Below are positions 13,845 through 27,600 of a stretch of DNA of 64,000 bases, piece by piece. The notes under the pieces are model-generated. The model was given only the letters and a program-made list of their open reading frames with translations. It searched no databases and was not told the DNA's origin. Numbering within the stretch: position 1 is the first letter of the stretch; the number at the start of each line of letters is the position of its first letter. A program made the translations under genes and the position numbers. This stretch comes from Bilabrum cf. latius (taxonomy: Eukaryota), in the NCBI GenBank assembly GCA_965178125.1, contig OZ237756.1, forward strand, positions 248,001 to 312,000. Direction: 5' to 3'.

Positions 13845-16800
13845 TCAGCCCATGCCCATAGACGCCAAGGACCTGCATACCTGTTCGGCTACCCTGGATG
13901 CGGGACCACGACCCGAGTCCCGGAGCCCCCTAAGGGGCACAAGCACACCTGCATCTACCACAGACTGCTTCAGGCCATCCTATCCAGCAGCGATATTCCG
14001 AAGCGCCCAGGCCGCCTGCTCTGCCTCCTCGCCCTTGCCCGACCCAAGCAGAGCCACCAGGCCGCCCAACGCACCTGCATCCACCACGGACTGCTTCAGA
14101 CCATCCGATCCAGCTGCGATATTTCGAAGCGACCTAGCCGCTTGCTCTGCTTCTTGACCTTTGCTCGATCCAAGCAGAGCCACCAGACCGCCCAACGCAC
14201 CTGCATCCACCACGGACTGCTTCAGGCCATCTGATCCAGCTGCAATATTCACAAGCGCCCTAGCCGCTTGCTCTGCTTCCTGGCCCTTGCCCGATCCAAG
14301 CAGAGCCACCAGACCGCCCAACGCACCTGCATCCACCACGGACTGCCGCAGGCCATCCGACCCAGCTGCGATATTCACAAGCGCCCTAGCCGCCATCTCT
14401 GCCTCCTGACTTGTGCCCGATCCAAGCAGAGCCACCAGACCAACCAACGCACCTGCATCCACCACGGACTGCTTCAGGCCATCTGATCCAGCTGCAATAT
14501 TCACAAGCGCCCTAGCCGCTTGCTCTGCCTCCTCGCTCTTGCCCGATCCAAGCAGAGCCATCAGACCGCCCAACGCACCTGCACCCACCAAGAACTGCCT
14601 CAGGCCATCCTATCCAGCTGCGATATTCCGAAGTGCCCAGGCCGCCATCTCTGCTTCCTGGCCCTTGCCCGATCCAAGCAGAGCCACCAGACCGCCCAAC
14701 GCTCCTGCACCCACCACGGACTGCCTCAGGTCATCCGATCCAGCTGCGATACTCCGAAGCGCCCTAGCCGCTTGCTCTGCTTCCTGACCCTTGCCCGATC
14801 CAAGCAGAGCCACCAGACCGCCCAACGCACCTGCATCCACCACGGACTGCCTCCGGCCATCCGATCCAGCTGCGATATTTACCAGCGCCATACTCGCCAT
14901 CTCTGCTTCCTGGCCCTTACCCGATCCAAGCAGAGCCACCAGGCCGCCCAACGCACCTGCATCCACCACGGACTGACACAGGCCATCCGATCCAGCTGCG
15001 ATATTCCGAAGTGCCCTAGTCGCTTGCTCTGCTTCCTGGCCCTTGTCCGATCCAAGCAGAGCCACCAGACTGCCCAACGCACCTGCATCCACAACGGCCT
15101 GCCTCCGGCAATCCGATCCAGCTGCGATATTCGCCAGCGCCATATTCGCCATCTCTGCTTCCTGACCCTTGTCTGATCCAAGCAGAGCCACCAGGCCGCC
15201 CAACGCACCTTCATACACCACGGATTGCCTCAGGCCATCTGATCCAACTGTGATGTTCACAAGCGCCCTAGTCGCTTGCTCTGCTTCTTGACCTTTGCTC
15301 GATCCAAGCAGAGCCACAAGACCAACTAACGCACCTGCATCCACCACGGACTGCCTCCGGCCATCCGATCCAGCTGCGATATTCACAAGCGCCCTAGCCG
15401 CTTGCTCTGCTTCCTGACCTTTGCCCGATCCAAGCAGAGCCGCCAGACCGCCCAACGCACCTGCATCCACCACGGACTGTCTCCGGCCATCCGATCCAGC
15501 TGCAATATTCTGAAGCGCCCAGGCCGCCTGCTCTGCTTCCTAACCTTTGCCCGATCCAAGCAGATCTACAAGGCCGCCCAACGCACCTGCATCCACCACG
15601 GCCTGCCTCAGGCCATCCGACCCAGCTGCGATATTCGCAAGCGCAATAGCCGCTTGCTCTGCCTCCTGGCCCTTGCCCGATCCAAGCAGAGCCACCAGAC
15701 CAACCAACGCACCTGCATCCACCACGGACTGACAAAGGCCATCCGATCCAGTTGCGATATTCCGAAGCACCCAGGCCGCTTGCTCTGCTTCCTGACCTTT
15801 GTCCGATCCAAGCAGAGCCACAAGACCAACCAACGCACCTGCATCCACCACGGACTGCCTCAGGTCATCCGACCCAGCTGCGATACTCCGAAGCGCCCAG
15901 GCCGCTTGCTCTGCTTCCTGGCCCTTGCCTGAACCAAGCAGAGCCACCAGACCGCCCAACGCACCTGCATCCACCACGGACTGCCTCCGGCCATCCGATC
16001 CAGCTGCGATATTCCGAAGTGCCCAGGCCGCCATCTCTGCTTCCTGGCCCTTGCCCGATCCAAGCAGAGCCACCAGACCGCCCAACGCACCTGCATCCAC
16101 CACGGACTGACGCAGGACATCGTATCCAGCTGCGATACTCCGAAGCGCCCTAGCCGCCATCTCTGCTTCCTGGCCCTTGTCTGAACCAAGCAGAGCCACA
16201 AGACCAACCAACGCACCTGCATCCACGACGGACTGCCTCCGGCCATCCGATCCAGCTGCAATATTTGCCAGCACCCAGCCCCCGTGCTCTGCTTCCTGGC
16301 CCTTTTCCGATCCAAGCAGAGCCACCAGACCAACCAACGCACCTGCATCCACCACGGACTGACACAGGCCATCCGATCCAGCTGCAATATTCCGAAGCGC
16401 CCTAGCCGCCATCTCGGCCTCCCGGCCCTTGCCCGATCCAAGCAGAGCCACCAGACCGCCCAACGCTCCTGCGACGATGAAAAGTGCCCGAAGCCTGTCG
16501 TTGTCATAACACAGTTGCCAAATTACGAACGCAGCTATTGCTGCTTCCACCTTCTCATTGGATCGAAGCCGACTCGCGAGTTTGGCTACTTCAGTTGGAC
16601 TAGACAGCACATGCTAAGCCAAGGCATCAACTGCATCGATCATCGACTGTTTTGTACTCGCTTGAAAATCGGCCATCGAGTCAATCCCTGATTCTATCCT
16701 CAGCTGCCACAGCACGCGATACAGCCCATCCCAGTCCCCCCTCCTCAGCAGCCCGTCCACAATCTCCCGCACCCTGGCAACTGCAGCCGCGCAATCCTCT

Positions 16801-18179
16801 CCCCCAGCGAGCAATGCAGGCAATAAGGATCGGATGTCTGCTGCAGCTGCAGGCGATACCCCAGATGCCGATTCCGACCGCAGCACATGCACCGCCTCCT
16901 ACACGCCCATCCTGTCTCCCGGACCAATGCACAGCAGGCCGCGCAGCATGTCCGCATACCAACCAGGCCGCTTCGACAGCACATCGTCGCCAGCCAACGG
17001 TACATCACATGTATGCAATTTAGCTGATAGCTCTCCAGGCCTGGTCCTGCTCCCGTCCTGCAGCTCACCAGGATACTAGTCCCCGAACGGGTGCTTCCCT
17101 CCCGTGGCCAGCTCGTGCAGCAGAACGCCCAACTCCCATGATGCCTGCTTCCCGAACGGCACGCATGCATCCATGTCTCCTGCCGCCCCCTTGTTCCACC
17201 CGTCCAGCACTTCAGGGGCCAGGTGGGCCTAGTTGCCGCCCAGCCCGTCACCGCCATCCTTCAGGTACCTGTACGTAACCCGATTCAGAGCTTCATCCAT
17301 TCCAGCACTAGTGGAAGCACCCGGGCCAGCTGATCGTGCGGAACCTTCGAGCACATGAACGCGTAGCGAGCACTCCAGATCGATCAGCACCGCACGACCC
17401 ACGCCCTCCGGACCCCCCTTCGAGTCCCACATCACGTTGTCCAGCTTCAGGTCACGGTGCACCACCCCGTGCTGCAGCAGGTGATGCACGCCCTCCGCGA
17501 TATCTCTGGACAGCTGCACAAGCACATCGTCAGACAGAGACCCCGGCTCATCTCCTTCCACGATCTCCAGATGGTCGCACATGCGTCTCTGCAGCAGCTC
17601 CAAGCCGACCATCTGCGCCTTGCGGGGCCGCAGGGGGGCGGCACCAGCAGAGGACATGCCCTCCCCGTCGACACCAGCAGCAATGCACACCAGGCTCGGA
17701 TCAGGCAGCATCTTCACCATCCACAGGGGAGGCTTGCACACGCACTCAAACAGCACGCGGGCCACGTTGCGGTGCTCGGGCAGGCGAGCGAGCACATCGA
17801 ACTCTTTCTGGGAATCGATGGTTTCGAGCTTGGATGTAGATAGACCCCAGTTGAATACAGTCTTCACCGCAATGTGATCAGGAGTAGCATCCAAACTAGG
17901 ATCACACGGGGCATCATCGGAATGGCCTGTTGGAAGAGCCACACGAAAGACGGCACCGAATCCGCCCTGTCCCAGCATGATACTTCCCTTCGTTGGCTTG
18001 CTGCATGCATCAAGCAGTGGTTTAGCAAATTGGCGCCTCTATACAGATGTGCCGGACTTTGTCATGAGGTACACCTCCATCACGGCGGAAGGAAGATCAG
18101 GTGCGAGAACGGCCTAAGCTGCATGGCTTTGCAAAGCCTCGCTGGCACCAGCGCCGCTGGCTGGACCAGAGGCTGACAT
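13845..18179 (-). CDS. Protein kinase fused to ~20 tandem armadillo repeats (~1444 aa with TAG=Gln, no intron needed)
   Basis: One frame from ATG 18179 to TGA 13845 with TAGs at 18114, 18039, 17229, 17076, 16899, 16614, 15540, 14610, 13980. Kinase motifs LGQGGFGAV, IAVK, HRDLKLDN, GGN[TAG]AHLAPEV, SWELGVLLHEL...HPF. The repeats are 42 aa: VVDAGALGGLVALLGSGKGQEAEQAAWALRNIAAGSDGLRQS. Confidence 0.88.
13930..16470 (-). repeat. 126-bp coding tandem repeat (ARM units), ~20 copies
   Basis: Near-identical 126-bp units visible directly in the DNA. Confidence 0.92.
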
Positions 18180-18433
18180 GAATTCTTGGCAATATTCAAC
18201 AACCACTGAACCTTTTGTAGGTAGGTTTACAGCGACTCGTAAACTCTGCAAAGTGTCTAAGATCGCTCTGGTTTTCGACCAGATGAAACGTGACAATTGT
18301 CGATTTGGTCACCTAGACGAGAACGCACGTTTTCATGGCACCAACAGGCAGATTAGGGGAATCAATGAGCCTCAATCTTCGAGCTAGGCAGAACCAAACC
18401 ATTCGCAAGATGGCTGTACACCACGTCACAGCC

Positions 18434-21400
18434 TCACTTACCCACCATGCCGGGCGGTGGCCTGGAGCCACGAGAGGCGAACCACGATGAACGTTCCCTC
18501 GCCATCCGCAGCACCCGCTCAGGCACCCCTGCCATCCCCGCCACCAGCAGACCGTAGCTCCTCACAGATGGCCCGCCCCGCACACGGTACAGGCACGTGA
18601 TGGTCTGCTACTCGCCGTGTGACGACTATCGCGCCATTTCCCCTGTGCTTGCGCTTGTACGAATGGCTACACCGCCATCTACTTCATCACCATCGCCCCC
18701 ATGCTCCTCATCCTCCGGCTCCTCTCGCAAGAATGCCATGTGCACGTTCGCGGCTATCGTGCCCCTGCTCCGGTCCTCCCCGTTGATCCGATCCACAGCC
18801 CCCCACACCTCAGGATAGTGCGTGATGAACAGACAGCAGCACCTCACCCGCACACTCAGATGCCGCAGAGCAGCCACAGCCACAGCCGCTCCATCCGCAG
18901 AGCTCGTGCCCCTCCCCAGCTCGTCCACCACCACCAGCGACCTCCCACCGGCCTCCCTAAGGATGCTCCCCGCCTGGCTGCTCTCCAGATAGAAAGTGCT
19001 CAGCCCCCCCTGAAGATCATCGCTGGCACCCATCCGCGTGTACACCGCATCAAACGGACCCACCACCGCGGACTCGGCAGGCACCCAGCTGCCCACCTGA
19101 GCCATCATGGCCATGAGGGCAGCTCCCTTGGCGTAGCAGCTCTTGCCGCCCATGTTGGGGCCCGTCAGGACCAGACTGCTGGCAGACATGGAAACGTCAC
19201 GAACGCTCCCATCGTCCCCACTGCCAGAATCATCGTCACCATCACCGCCACTTGACAACCCCATCGCGGCGCAGGCAGCGTCCATCGCCCTAACCGCACT
19301 AGTCACACCAGCCTCCCCGATACCACACCCCCGCAGCTCCGCCATTTCCGCCTCCCTATCACTCGAACGCCTCCCCAGGGCCACTGGATTCGGAATCACA
19401 TCCCCCCCAACACCCCCACCTCCACCTCCACCTCCACCCATACCCGACAGTCCCCCGTGGTGACCCGCACCAGCCAGAGCAGAGGCGCGGTACCTGCCCC
19501 CAGCCGCCTCCAGCAGCGGATGCCGCCCCATTGTGACCCAGAGACCCGAAGGCAAGCTAGTCGGCAGGACAATCGGCCTCACGTACCCGGGCAAGCGAGC
19601 CACTTTGCCCAGTGCTGCCAGCACGTCCAGCTCGCCCAGCACGCGCACCCACGCGAGCACGGCAGGCAGCAGATCCCCAGTCAGCTCTCTCACGAGCAGC
19701 CCCCACGCCCTTCTCGCGTGCACGGCAAGTCGCTCCTGCTGCAGTGCCCTCTAGCCCAGCAGGTCCACCACGTCAGGGGAATGGTACCTGACAGAGGCCT
19801 TGGTGGAGCTCACCAGCGACCAGTCCTCAGGCACCAGCCCTGCCGCTTTGCTGGACCGCCGCAGCTCCACCATGTGGGTCAGCGAAGAGGACACGCCCGT
19901 GCGGACGGTCTTCCACTCCAAGGCGGGCATCTTCAGGATGGATCTGGCCTGCTTCAACTCGGAGTCGAAACCCGCCTCAATCTGCGCCAGGGCCGCTCTG
20001 GCCTCCCCTGCCTCTGGGCACAGCCTGGCCTCCACCTCGGGCCTCAGAGCAGACCCTTGAGCTGAAGCAGCGCCTGTACCTCCATCGCGAGAGGCAGCTG
20101 CAGAGGCGCGCATGGAGGCAGCAGCGGCGGGGTTCCATTTCCTGAGGGCACCGGCCTGCCTCTGCTTCTTCTGGAACCATCCCGCACCAGCGGCTGCCTT
20201 GCCCTTCGAACCACCATTGCCCGATGCACTGCCGTGCGGTGCACCCGACAGCCGGGCCAGCAAGTCAGGGTGCAAAGAGTTCCTGACCGCAGCTATCTTG
20301 CCTGCAAGAGCGGGCAGCTGCTGCAGCTACGCCCGCAAGTGGGCAGGCAGCATCGGCCTTGTCGGTGACTAGCCATCATCGGCGGATGCAGATGATGCCG
20401 ATGCCGATGCCGAGGACTCGAATGCGTCACTGCCACCACCACTCCTGCCAACCTTATCCTCATCGTCATCAACACCAATAGCCGTTTGCCGGCTGCTCCC
20501 CCCTTGCCCCAGCCGCCAAGCAGCCCACGGAGCCTCCACTTTTCCAAGCGCTCCAATCAGCCGCAGCAAGGCGGGTGGATCGCAACCACCGCTCTTCAGC
20601 CGCCCCGCCAGCCGCTCCAGATCAACCATCCCGCGCATTGCACCGCACATCTCACCGAGAGGACTCGCCATCGGCTCAGCCGCCATTGCCGCCACACCGT
20701 CCTGCCTCTGCCTCAGCTGCACCGGGTCCTTCAGTGGGGCCATGATGGCCAGCCGAAGCCGCCTCAGCCCAAACGGGGTGCTGCACCGGTTGAGCAATCC
20801 CAGGAGAGACCCGTGTGACGAGCGAGTTGCCTTCCCCTGAAGCAGCTCGAGGTCGGCGGCAGTCTCGCCTGGCAGCAGTGCAGTGCAGTCTGCAGTGCTA
20901 CTGCTACCGGATGCTTTGTCAGGTGCAGCTGCCGATGCAGCTTTCTCCGATGAAGAGGAGCTTGCAGTTGCTGGTAGTGGACGACCGCCTTTCTCCGAGC
21001 TCTTCGCATTCTACCCCTCTCTTTCCATGTCTTGCTCGAAAGCAGCACTGTCTTCCGGGCTCGTCCCAGCGCCACTGGATACTTGCCCTGACCCGGCAAG
21101 GCCAAGCTCCAGGGGATGCACGCACCAATCTGCGGTGGCTTCGCTGCTGCTACTTGTGCCCGTGCCCTCTGCAGCGCTGCTTGAACTAGTAAATGTCCCG
21201 GCACTCGCAGATGCCCCCTCTGGCTGCATGGCTTGCACTGGCCCCAGAACCCTCGCCAGGGGATGCTGAGGCAGCCGGGCGAGGTGCCTGAGAGTTGCAA
21301 TTGTGGAGTGCCTTGCAGCCCATGGCAGGGCCACCATGGACCGAGCCAGCTTCGTCAATGGGGGACGTAGGGCCGGCGGTACATTGACCTCAGATGACAA

Positions 21401-23734
21401 AGACCCTGATGATGCCTGTAGATCTAGTGTCTTCCTCTGTGCACCTATCTACAGTGCGTTCGGATCGGTTGTGCTTGATCCCATTGTGCTACCTCCGGCG
21501 GCATTTGCAGTGATCCTTGCTCTCTTGCGGGATAGAATCCCGCCCTTGCTAGCTTGCCCCGACCGTGACCGTTTCTGGCCCGCACGAGCAGGGCTGGAGG
21601 ATGCAGCATCGTTTGAGGATAGTAACGTGATGCCACCAATATCGGAAGCACCCCCTGCTGGCGACCTGAGCGCAGGCGGCAGCATGCTCCACAGCTCCAG
21701 TAAGAGGCTGCCCAAGTCTGTCTCGCTCTGATCCTCATCCTCTTGGTCTTGCTCTTGTTCTTGCTCTTGCTGTAGATGTGTGGCACTATTCCGAGCCTTG
21801 GAAGATCGGATGTTGCCCTCACTCGCAACCGCACTAACGGGCCAATCGAACATGGAAGAGTGCAGCTCGTGCCCCACGCACCGCACGGTCCCTGCCATCC
21901 CCTGCTGCTCCAGACCACCATCAACCTGACCTGCCGACCCAGGGCCCGCCCCTACCTCTCCATCTCCCCCTTCACCCGCACCCGCACCTGTCCCGTCTCG
22001 CATCGCCCCAAACGCGACGTCTGCATCGTCGTTCTCATACCCCGCCCGCCCCCTCAGCTCCATCCCAGAGAGGCAGCACACCCTCACGCCGGCAGGAGCA
22101 GCCCCGGCTGCGTCACCCAGCGGCATGTCAAGCGTGCCCAGCCCCCCGCTGTTCTCTGCTGCTGTTCCCCCGCCCGCCTCGGCGAGGTGAGCTGCCACGG
22201 CTCGTGATGTGTGACGAGTGCACGCAGCTCCTTTGAATAGGCCTACTACCGGGGCACCTCTCCTACCGCCCTGCCCATTCGCCGAAGTTACCTCGCTTGC
22301 AGGCTGCACCCCCACCGCCCTAAATGCATCCAACGAGACAGTGCCGGCATGCAAGTCAGTCGACTGGGTCGACACTATATCTACCTCTGACGATTCATCG
22401 GACTGCGACGCCCGAACCAGCCCAGTGGCTCCTGCAGGCTGCAGCCCCGCCCCCGCCTGCACCAGCACCTCAGCCGGCTGCATCCTGCTCAGCGCGCTCC
22501 TTAGCCTAGACCTAGAGCCATCGTCCTCGAAGGCGGTAGCGAGTATGAGGCCCGACACCATGTCCACACTCGTCACACCGATATAGCCGGGCTCCGCCTC
22601 CGCCACCACGACGAGCGGCCCGTCCACCTCTGGCTCCAACACATCAGTGCCAATGTCCATGCCTGCCTGTTCCCCGCTATTGCGAGCAATCTCAGTCTCG
22701 TCAGCAAACGAAGACTACACTGCGACCGAACTGCTGGAGCTGGCACTGTTGCTGCTACTGCTGCTGCTGCTGCTGCTGGCATTGCTGGAGCTGGCACTGC
22801 TGCTTGCATTGACTCCTGTTGCGGCTCCGCCTCGGGGCCCCCCCAGACCGGCGGCGGCATCCGATTCGAGCCAGGGAACAAGCGTGCTAGGGGTAAGAAC
22901 CGCCGCAACACCCCTGAGAAAGGGACCCCCCCTGTTGTTCCCCGAGGCTTTGATGGCCGCCGTCTCCGACTACCGGACCAGGCCCACCCGCAGACCAGAG
23001 GCCACAAGTCGCGCAGCGTGTCGGGCCGCCGTGAAGACCGGAACGCTCGCGGTCACAAAGGAGAGGTCAGAGGGCTTGTAGCACCATATGCCCAGCCTGC
23101 GGGCAGCAACCACCGCGCCCGGCCCGAAGAACCGAAACTTGTACCCCGTCTCGACCATGAGCACGAGTCCGGGCCACTGAGCCTACACCGCTGCGACTTG
23201 TTGCTCCCAGGGGGTGAGGCGAGGCGGCCGCTCGAGTGAAGCCGTAGACGCGCCTGGCCTGGATCTGATGCGGCCCGTCACGCCGACCGCTCCTTCGGGC
23301 AGGTCAGTGGGATTGCCGTCCATGAAGGCGAGCACGGCGTCAGAGCGAGGCCGCTGGGCCGACGCGTCAGCAGGTGATGGCCTCGATAAAGGAAGCAAGG
23401 CATGTTTCAGCATCTCGCGGATCTTTGCGTGGTCTATCTCTCGTTTTGTGGCTTGCTCAGCTCGATTGGCTCCTGCCGCGTTCAAGTCATCAACCATGCC
23501 GCCGGCATCCCGATCAGAACCTGAATCGGATACGAGGTCCTCCACATCGTCTACGTCTACTGCGGCCAACCTTTTTGCTGCCTTCTCCTTGGCGGTATCA
23601 CTGCTATGCTTGGTGGATGCAGCTTCCGGTTGCACCTTACGAGCTTGTGCAGCGCGCTTTGCTTTTGCTAGCACCGTTGACGTATCGATAGACGCTGTTC
23701 CCCCAAAGAATGAACTCAAAGAAGACTATTTCAT
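18434..23734 (-). CDS. MSH3: DNA mismatch repair protein MSH3 (MutS family), ~1766 aa with TAG=Gln
   Basis: One frame from ATG 23734 to TGA 18434 with at least 11 TAGs. N-terminal PIP box MK[Q]SSLSSFF; MSH3-type domain I TPWEQQV...LMVETGYKFRFFG...VGLVR[Q]SETAA; TPFGLRRLR; Walker A TGPNMGGKS; Walker B DELGRGTS; FITHY; C-terminal LYRV...SYGLLVAGMAGVP. Confidence 0.9.
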
Positions 23735-24604
23735 GATTCTGTTATCATAGCGTATGCAGTGGCCCTTCTTATTAGACCAGATCTACTCCGCAAAGTCTAG
23801 GCTATGCAGTGCCGTGCAGCAGCGCGGTCGAGGCACGTCATTCATCACTTAACACTTAGCTTTCATGGAGTGCACTGGATTACAATGGTCAGACACGGTG
23901 GGACCTCCTGCTCGCATGATGTCGCACGCGCCGGCATACCTTGCTGGTTTGGAAGCAACCACGCTCCACGGGTGGACCCCGCCCGGGGCATGGGCATCGG
24001 CAGGGAGCGGCATTGAGGTCGATGTCTCCCAAGCTCCAGCGAATCCTACACGAGTCAGTAGTGAACGATCCACAGAATGGCAGGCTGCGAAGGAAGCAGC
24101 CGGGTGACTGGTAGAGGTCTCCGGGGTGCCCGGAGGCGAAGCATCCGATCGATGGAGGTATCGAATTGGGGGGTCCGCCGGGGCTGTGAGGGTTATCTGC
24201 TCAGAGATGGGGGCGGTACGCGGCTTCCAATGATGCTTTCCAGCGCTAGCCCCCTCCAACCAGGCTAGTGTCTTGCAATTCCGCGGAAGACCGGTGCGAG
24301 ACCACTGCCGACATGGGGTGCAGAAGGCGATGGATCGACTATTGCGGAGGGCAGTCGTGGAGCCAAGGGAGCCCGCCGGCGCTCAGTGGCAGAGATCCAA
24401 GGCTACCCGGTTATGGAGGGACGGTTCGGTGCGGTCGAGTCTGCAAATAGTATTTTGGAAGGTCAAAGCTGCACAGGCTCGTTTGGATGCATTTCATTCA
24501 AGATGCCCCCAAGTCGGCTCACCAGACCAACGGCTCCAGCGAAGAAAACCTGTCCCGACTTTTGCACTGCCTCCAGTCGCCCAAGATCCAGGCGACGGAT
24601 TGAC

Positions 24605-27600
24605 TCACACCGCGACTGCTAGCGCATTGCCCAGGCCTCCCTCCGTTGCTGCGGCCGACTTCTCAGCAGGGCGCATACCCTGCTTCTTCGGTTCCGTGCG
24701 GGCCTTGGACTGCTTGCCGCAACAGAACCAGTACACGACGCACGAGACGATCGCCACAAGGACGATGACGCCCACCAGAATAAAGATCCATGCCGGAGTG
24801 CCGTCTGATTCCCCATCCTCAACGTAGGGTGACGCCACCACTGCAGCGCCGTCGGTGCTTCCAGCCCACGATGCCTCGGCCCCAGGCGCTCCCGTGGTCA
24901 GCTGCGTCAGGGCCGTCTGATTCTGCAGTGATAGTTCCATCCGCTCGAGGAATTCGGTCGCCTGCGTCTCTGATTGCACGGGCACCTGGAGCACGAGCGT
25001 GGTGCTACCCTCTTCTGCCGACTCCAGCCAGTACGACGTAGACTCCGGGTCAACCCCGATGCTGGCAAGCGCAGCCACGACAAAGGCCTCGGCGCTGCTG
25101 CAGCCGATGTCGGTGAATGCCGCCCCTTCGATCTGCACGGAGGCCTCGAGTAGCAACGGAGTCGGTGACCCGCCCGTGCTCCCCCCAGCGCCGTTCGAAC
25201 ACACGACCCCATCGTCGGTCTCCTCCTCTACTGCTGCGGGGGGCGGCCTCTTGCCGCGACGACGACGAGTGGGAGTGCTCGCCTGGCTGCTGCTGCTCGG
25301 GGAGGCCGTAGATGGGCTCGGGGCAGAGCTCACGGATGATGATTGCGATGATCTGCTGGGACTGCTGGTGATGCTCGGCGTGGGCGAGGTGCTGGGACTG
25401 CTGGTGATGCTCGGCGTGGGCGAGGTGCTGGGACTGCTTGTGATGCTCGGCGTGGGCGAGGTGCTGGGACTGCTGGTGATGCTCGGCGTGGGCGAGGTGC
25501 TGGGACTGCTGGTGATGCTCGGCGTGGGCGAGGTGCTGGGACTGCTTGTGATGCTCGGCGTGGGCGAGGTGCTGGGACTGCTGGTGATGCTCGGCGTGGG
25601 CGAGGTGCTGGGACTGACCGACGGTGACGGGCTTGGGGTGGGCGAGGGCGTGGTGCTTGCTTCCACGATGCTGAAGAAAGCCAGCTCGAGCCCTGCCACC
25701 GGTACCTCGGCCAGAGCCACCACACCGGGCACGTCGTCCCAACGAGGCACAACGGCATCGACCACTCCGTCCTCGACCACGATGTCCCCGAGGGTGTAGG
25801 CCTCCGCACCTGCATCGGTGGACGTCATGCAGGCAATCTGCGTGCCGTTGGACCCGCCAGCCGCACCGGGATTGACGAAGCATGACGTGTCGTTCCACCC
25901 TCCTGCGTGCACCAGGCCTGATATGGCGCCATCTCCCGTGTGGCTGTTCCCCAGGCTCTCGCTGCCCACCACAGTACTGAGTTCCGGATTCTGCACATTC
26001 CCCATGACGATGGATGTTCCGGCATTTCCGTCCAGCCGGGCGACGGCTGCGAAATGCGAGCGCGACGATCCGACGGTCCCGATCGTGTACTCAAAGAGAT
26101 TCCCCGCTTCCTCCGTCTCAGCGAAGACTTGAAACGGGATTCCGGCAAACACTGCCTCGGCGTTGAAATATGACAGCTTGTTGGATCCGTCTACGGCGGT
26201 GAGCACGAATGCACTGTTGCCCATTCCGTCCTGCAGCACAGTGAGTCGCTCGAAGCTCCCCTGGGACGTCTCCTCCTGGCATGCAGGCTCGCCGGAATCC
26301 CTGTTTACGTTGCAAACAGAGTAGCGGTCGTCTCCAGACGCGTCAAACTACAGCACGAAGTAGTCGGCAGCACCCCCGGGCACATCCAGCCTCGCCCGCA
26401 CCACGTCGCCATCACCGAGACGTGGCGTGGCCGTTGTGTTCACCTGGTACCTCTGGGCGGCAGCGGTTGCATTCGACCCGTCCAGCACCATTACCTCCGC
26501 GTTCTGGTCGTCATTGAGCGCTGCAAACACGCACCACCGGTCGGCTACCACGCCCACCAGGCTAGCCTGCGCATCCACGCCGACGGATGCCGGGTTGGGC
26601 TCCACCGTCTGCCAGGCGTCCGCCCCTTGACGGTTCAAGTTGAACACGTACGGCTGGAATTCGGCGCCCTGCACCTTCATTACACCGCAGACAGATGACG
26701 CACTCTGCAGGGAGACGGCGTGTCCCCGGCGCGCCTCCAACCGCGTGAAGGGCAACTCATTGAGGTCCGTTACAGGATCAAACGGCTTGGTGGTTGCATT
26801 GCCCATGTAGAAGAGGGCCTGGCTCGTGTGCATGATAAGGACGCCGCCGTCCCCCCCCAGGATGAACATGTCCTGCGTGGAAGTGCGTTTAGGATTTGTT
26901 AAGTACTCGAGGGCGTCCCTGGGGTCTTCTGCTAGGTCCCAGATGGACACATCGAACTCCCGCGAGCCGTTGAAGGCGCACCGCACGTCGTTTTGCGCGA
27001 AGACGGTAAACGACGAGAAGAATCCTCCGATGATTGCGCACCGTCCAGACCCTATCGCAGGATGGATCGGGAAGGAGTACTTGAGGTTTAGTTCAGAGTC
27101 CTTGGTCTCTTGATTCAGCTCGATGATGTCAAGGGACCCCGTTTGCATCATCCCGCCTGCAGGATTCATCCGCGGGACAGTGGCGACTGCCAGCTCTTTG
27201 CCCCACACCCCGGATGGCTCCACGGCTAGGAGAACCTTATTGTTACCAATGCATTTGCGCACAAGCACAGGGTGCACCTGCAGGTCGGGGCTGTAGCCTC
27301 CGGCCAGCTGGAGCTGTACCGCGTCACCTTGGTCGCCGTTCCAGTAGTAGGCCTGCGTGCTGGTCAACGCGACCACGGCCTCTCTGTTCCCTGGACCAGA
27401 GTCCTCCCCGAGGGCATACAGATTCTTCCAGCTCTGGCCCGCCGACCCGGCAATGACAGTGACATCCACCGCGGATGAGTTGGTGACATCCAGGAGGACC
27501 AGGGAGCCGTCGGCCCCCGACTACGTGGAGCGGGCGAACACTATCTCGCTGCCAGACACGGTCGCGCCCTGCATGTTGTGCGCCAGTCGCTGAATCTCAG

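Noticed and set aside
13980-14612. TAG as Ser, Tyr or Glu (TAG aligns with TCG at 13980/14610, TAC at 54607, GAA at 54907)
   Set aside because: These are mutually inconsistent substitutions at variable sites; conserved-motif positions and most swaps indicate Gln
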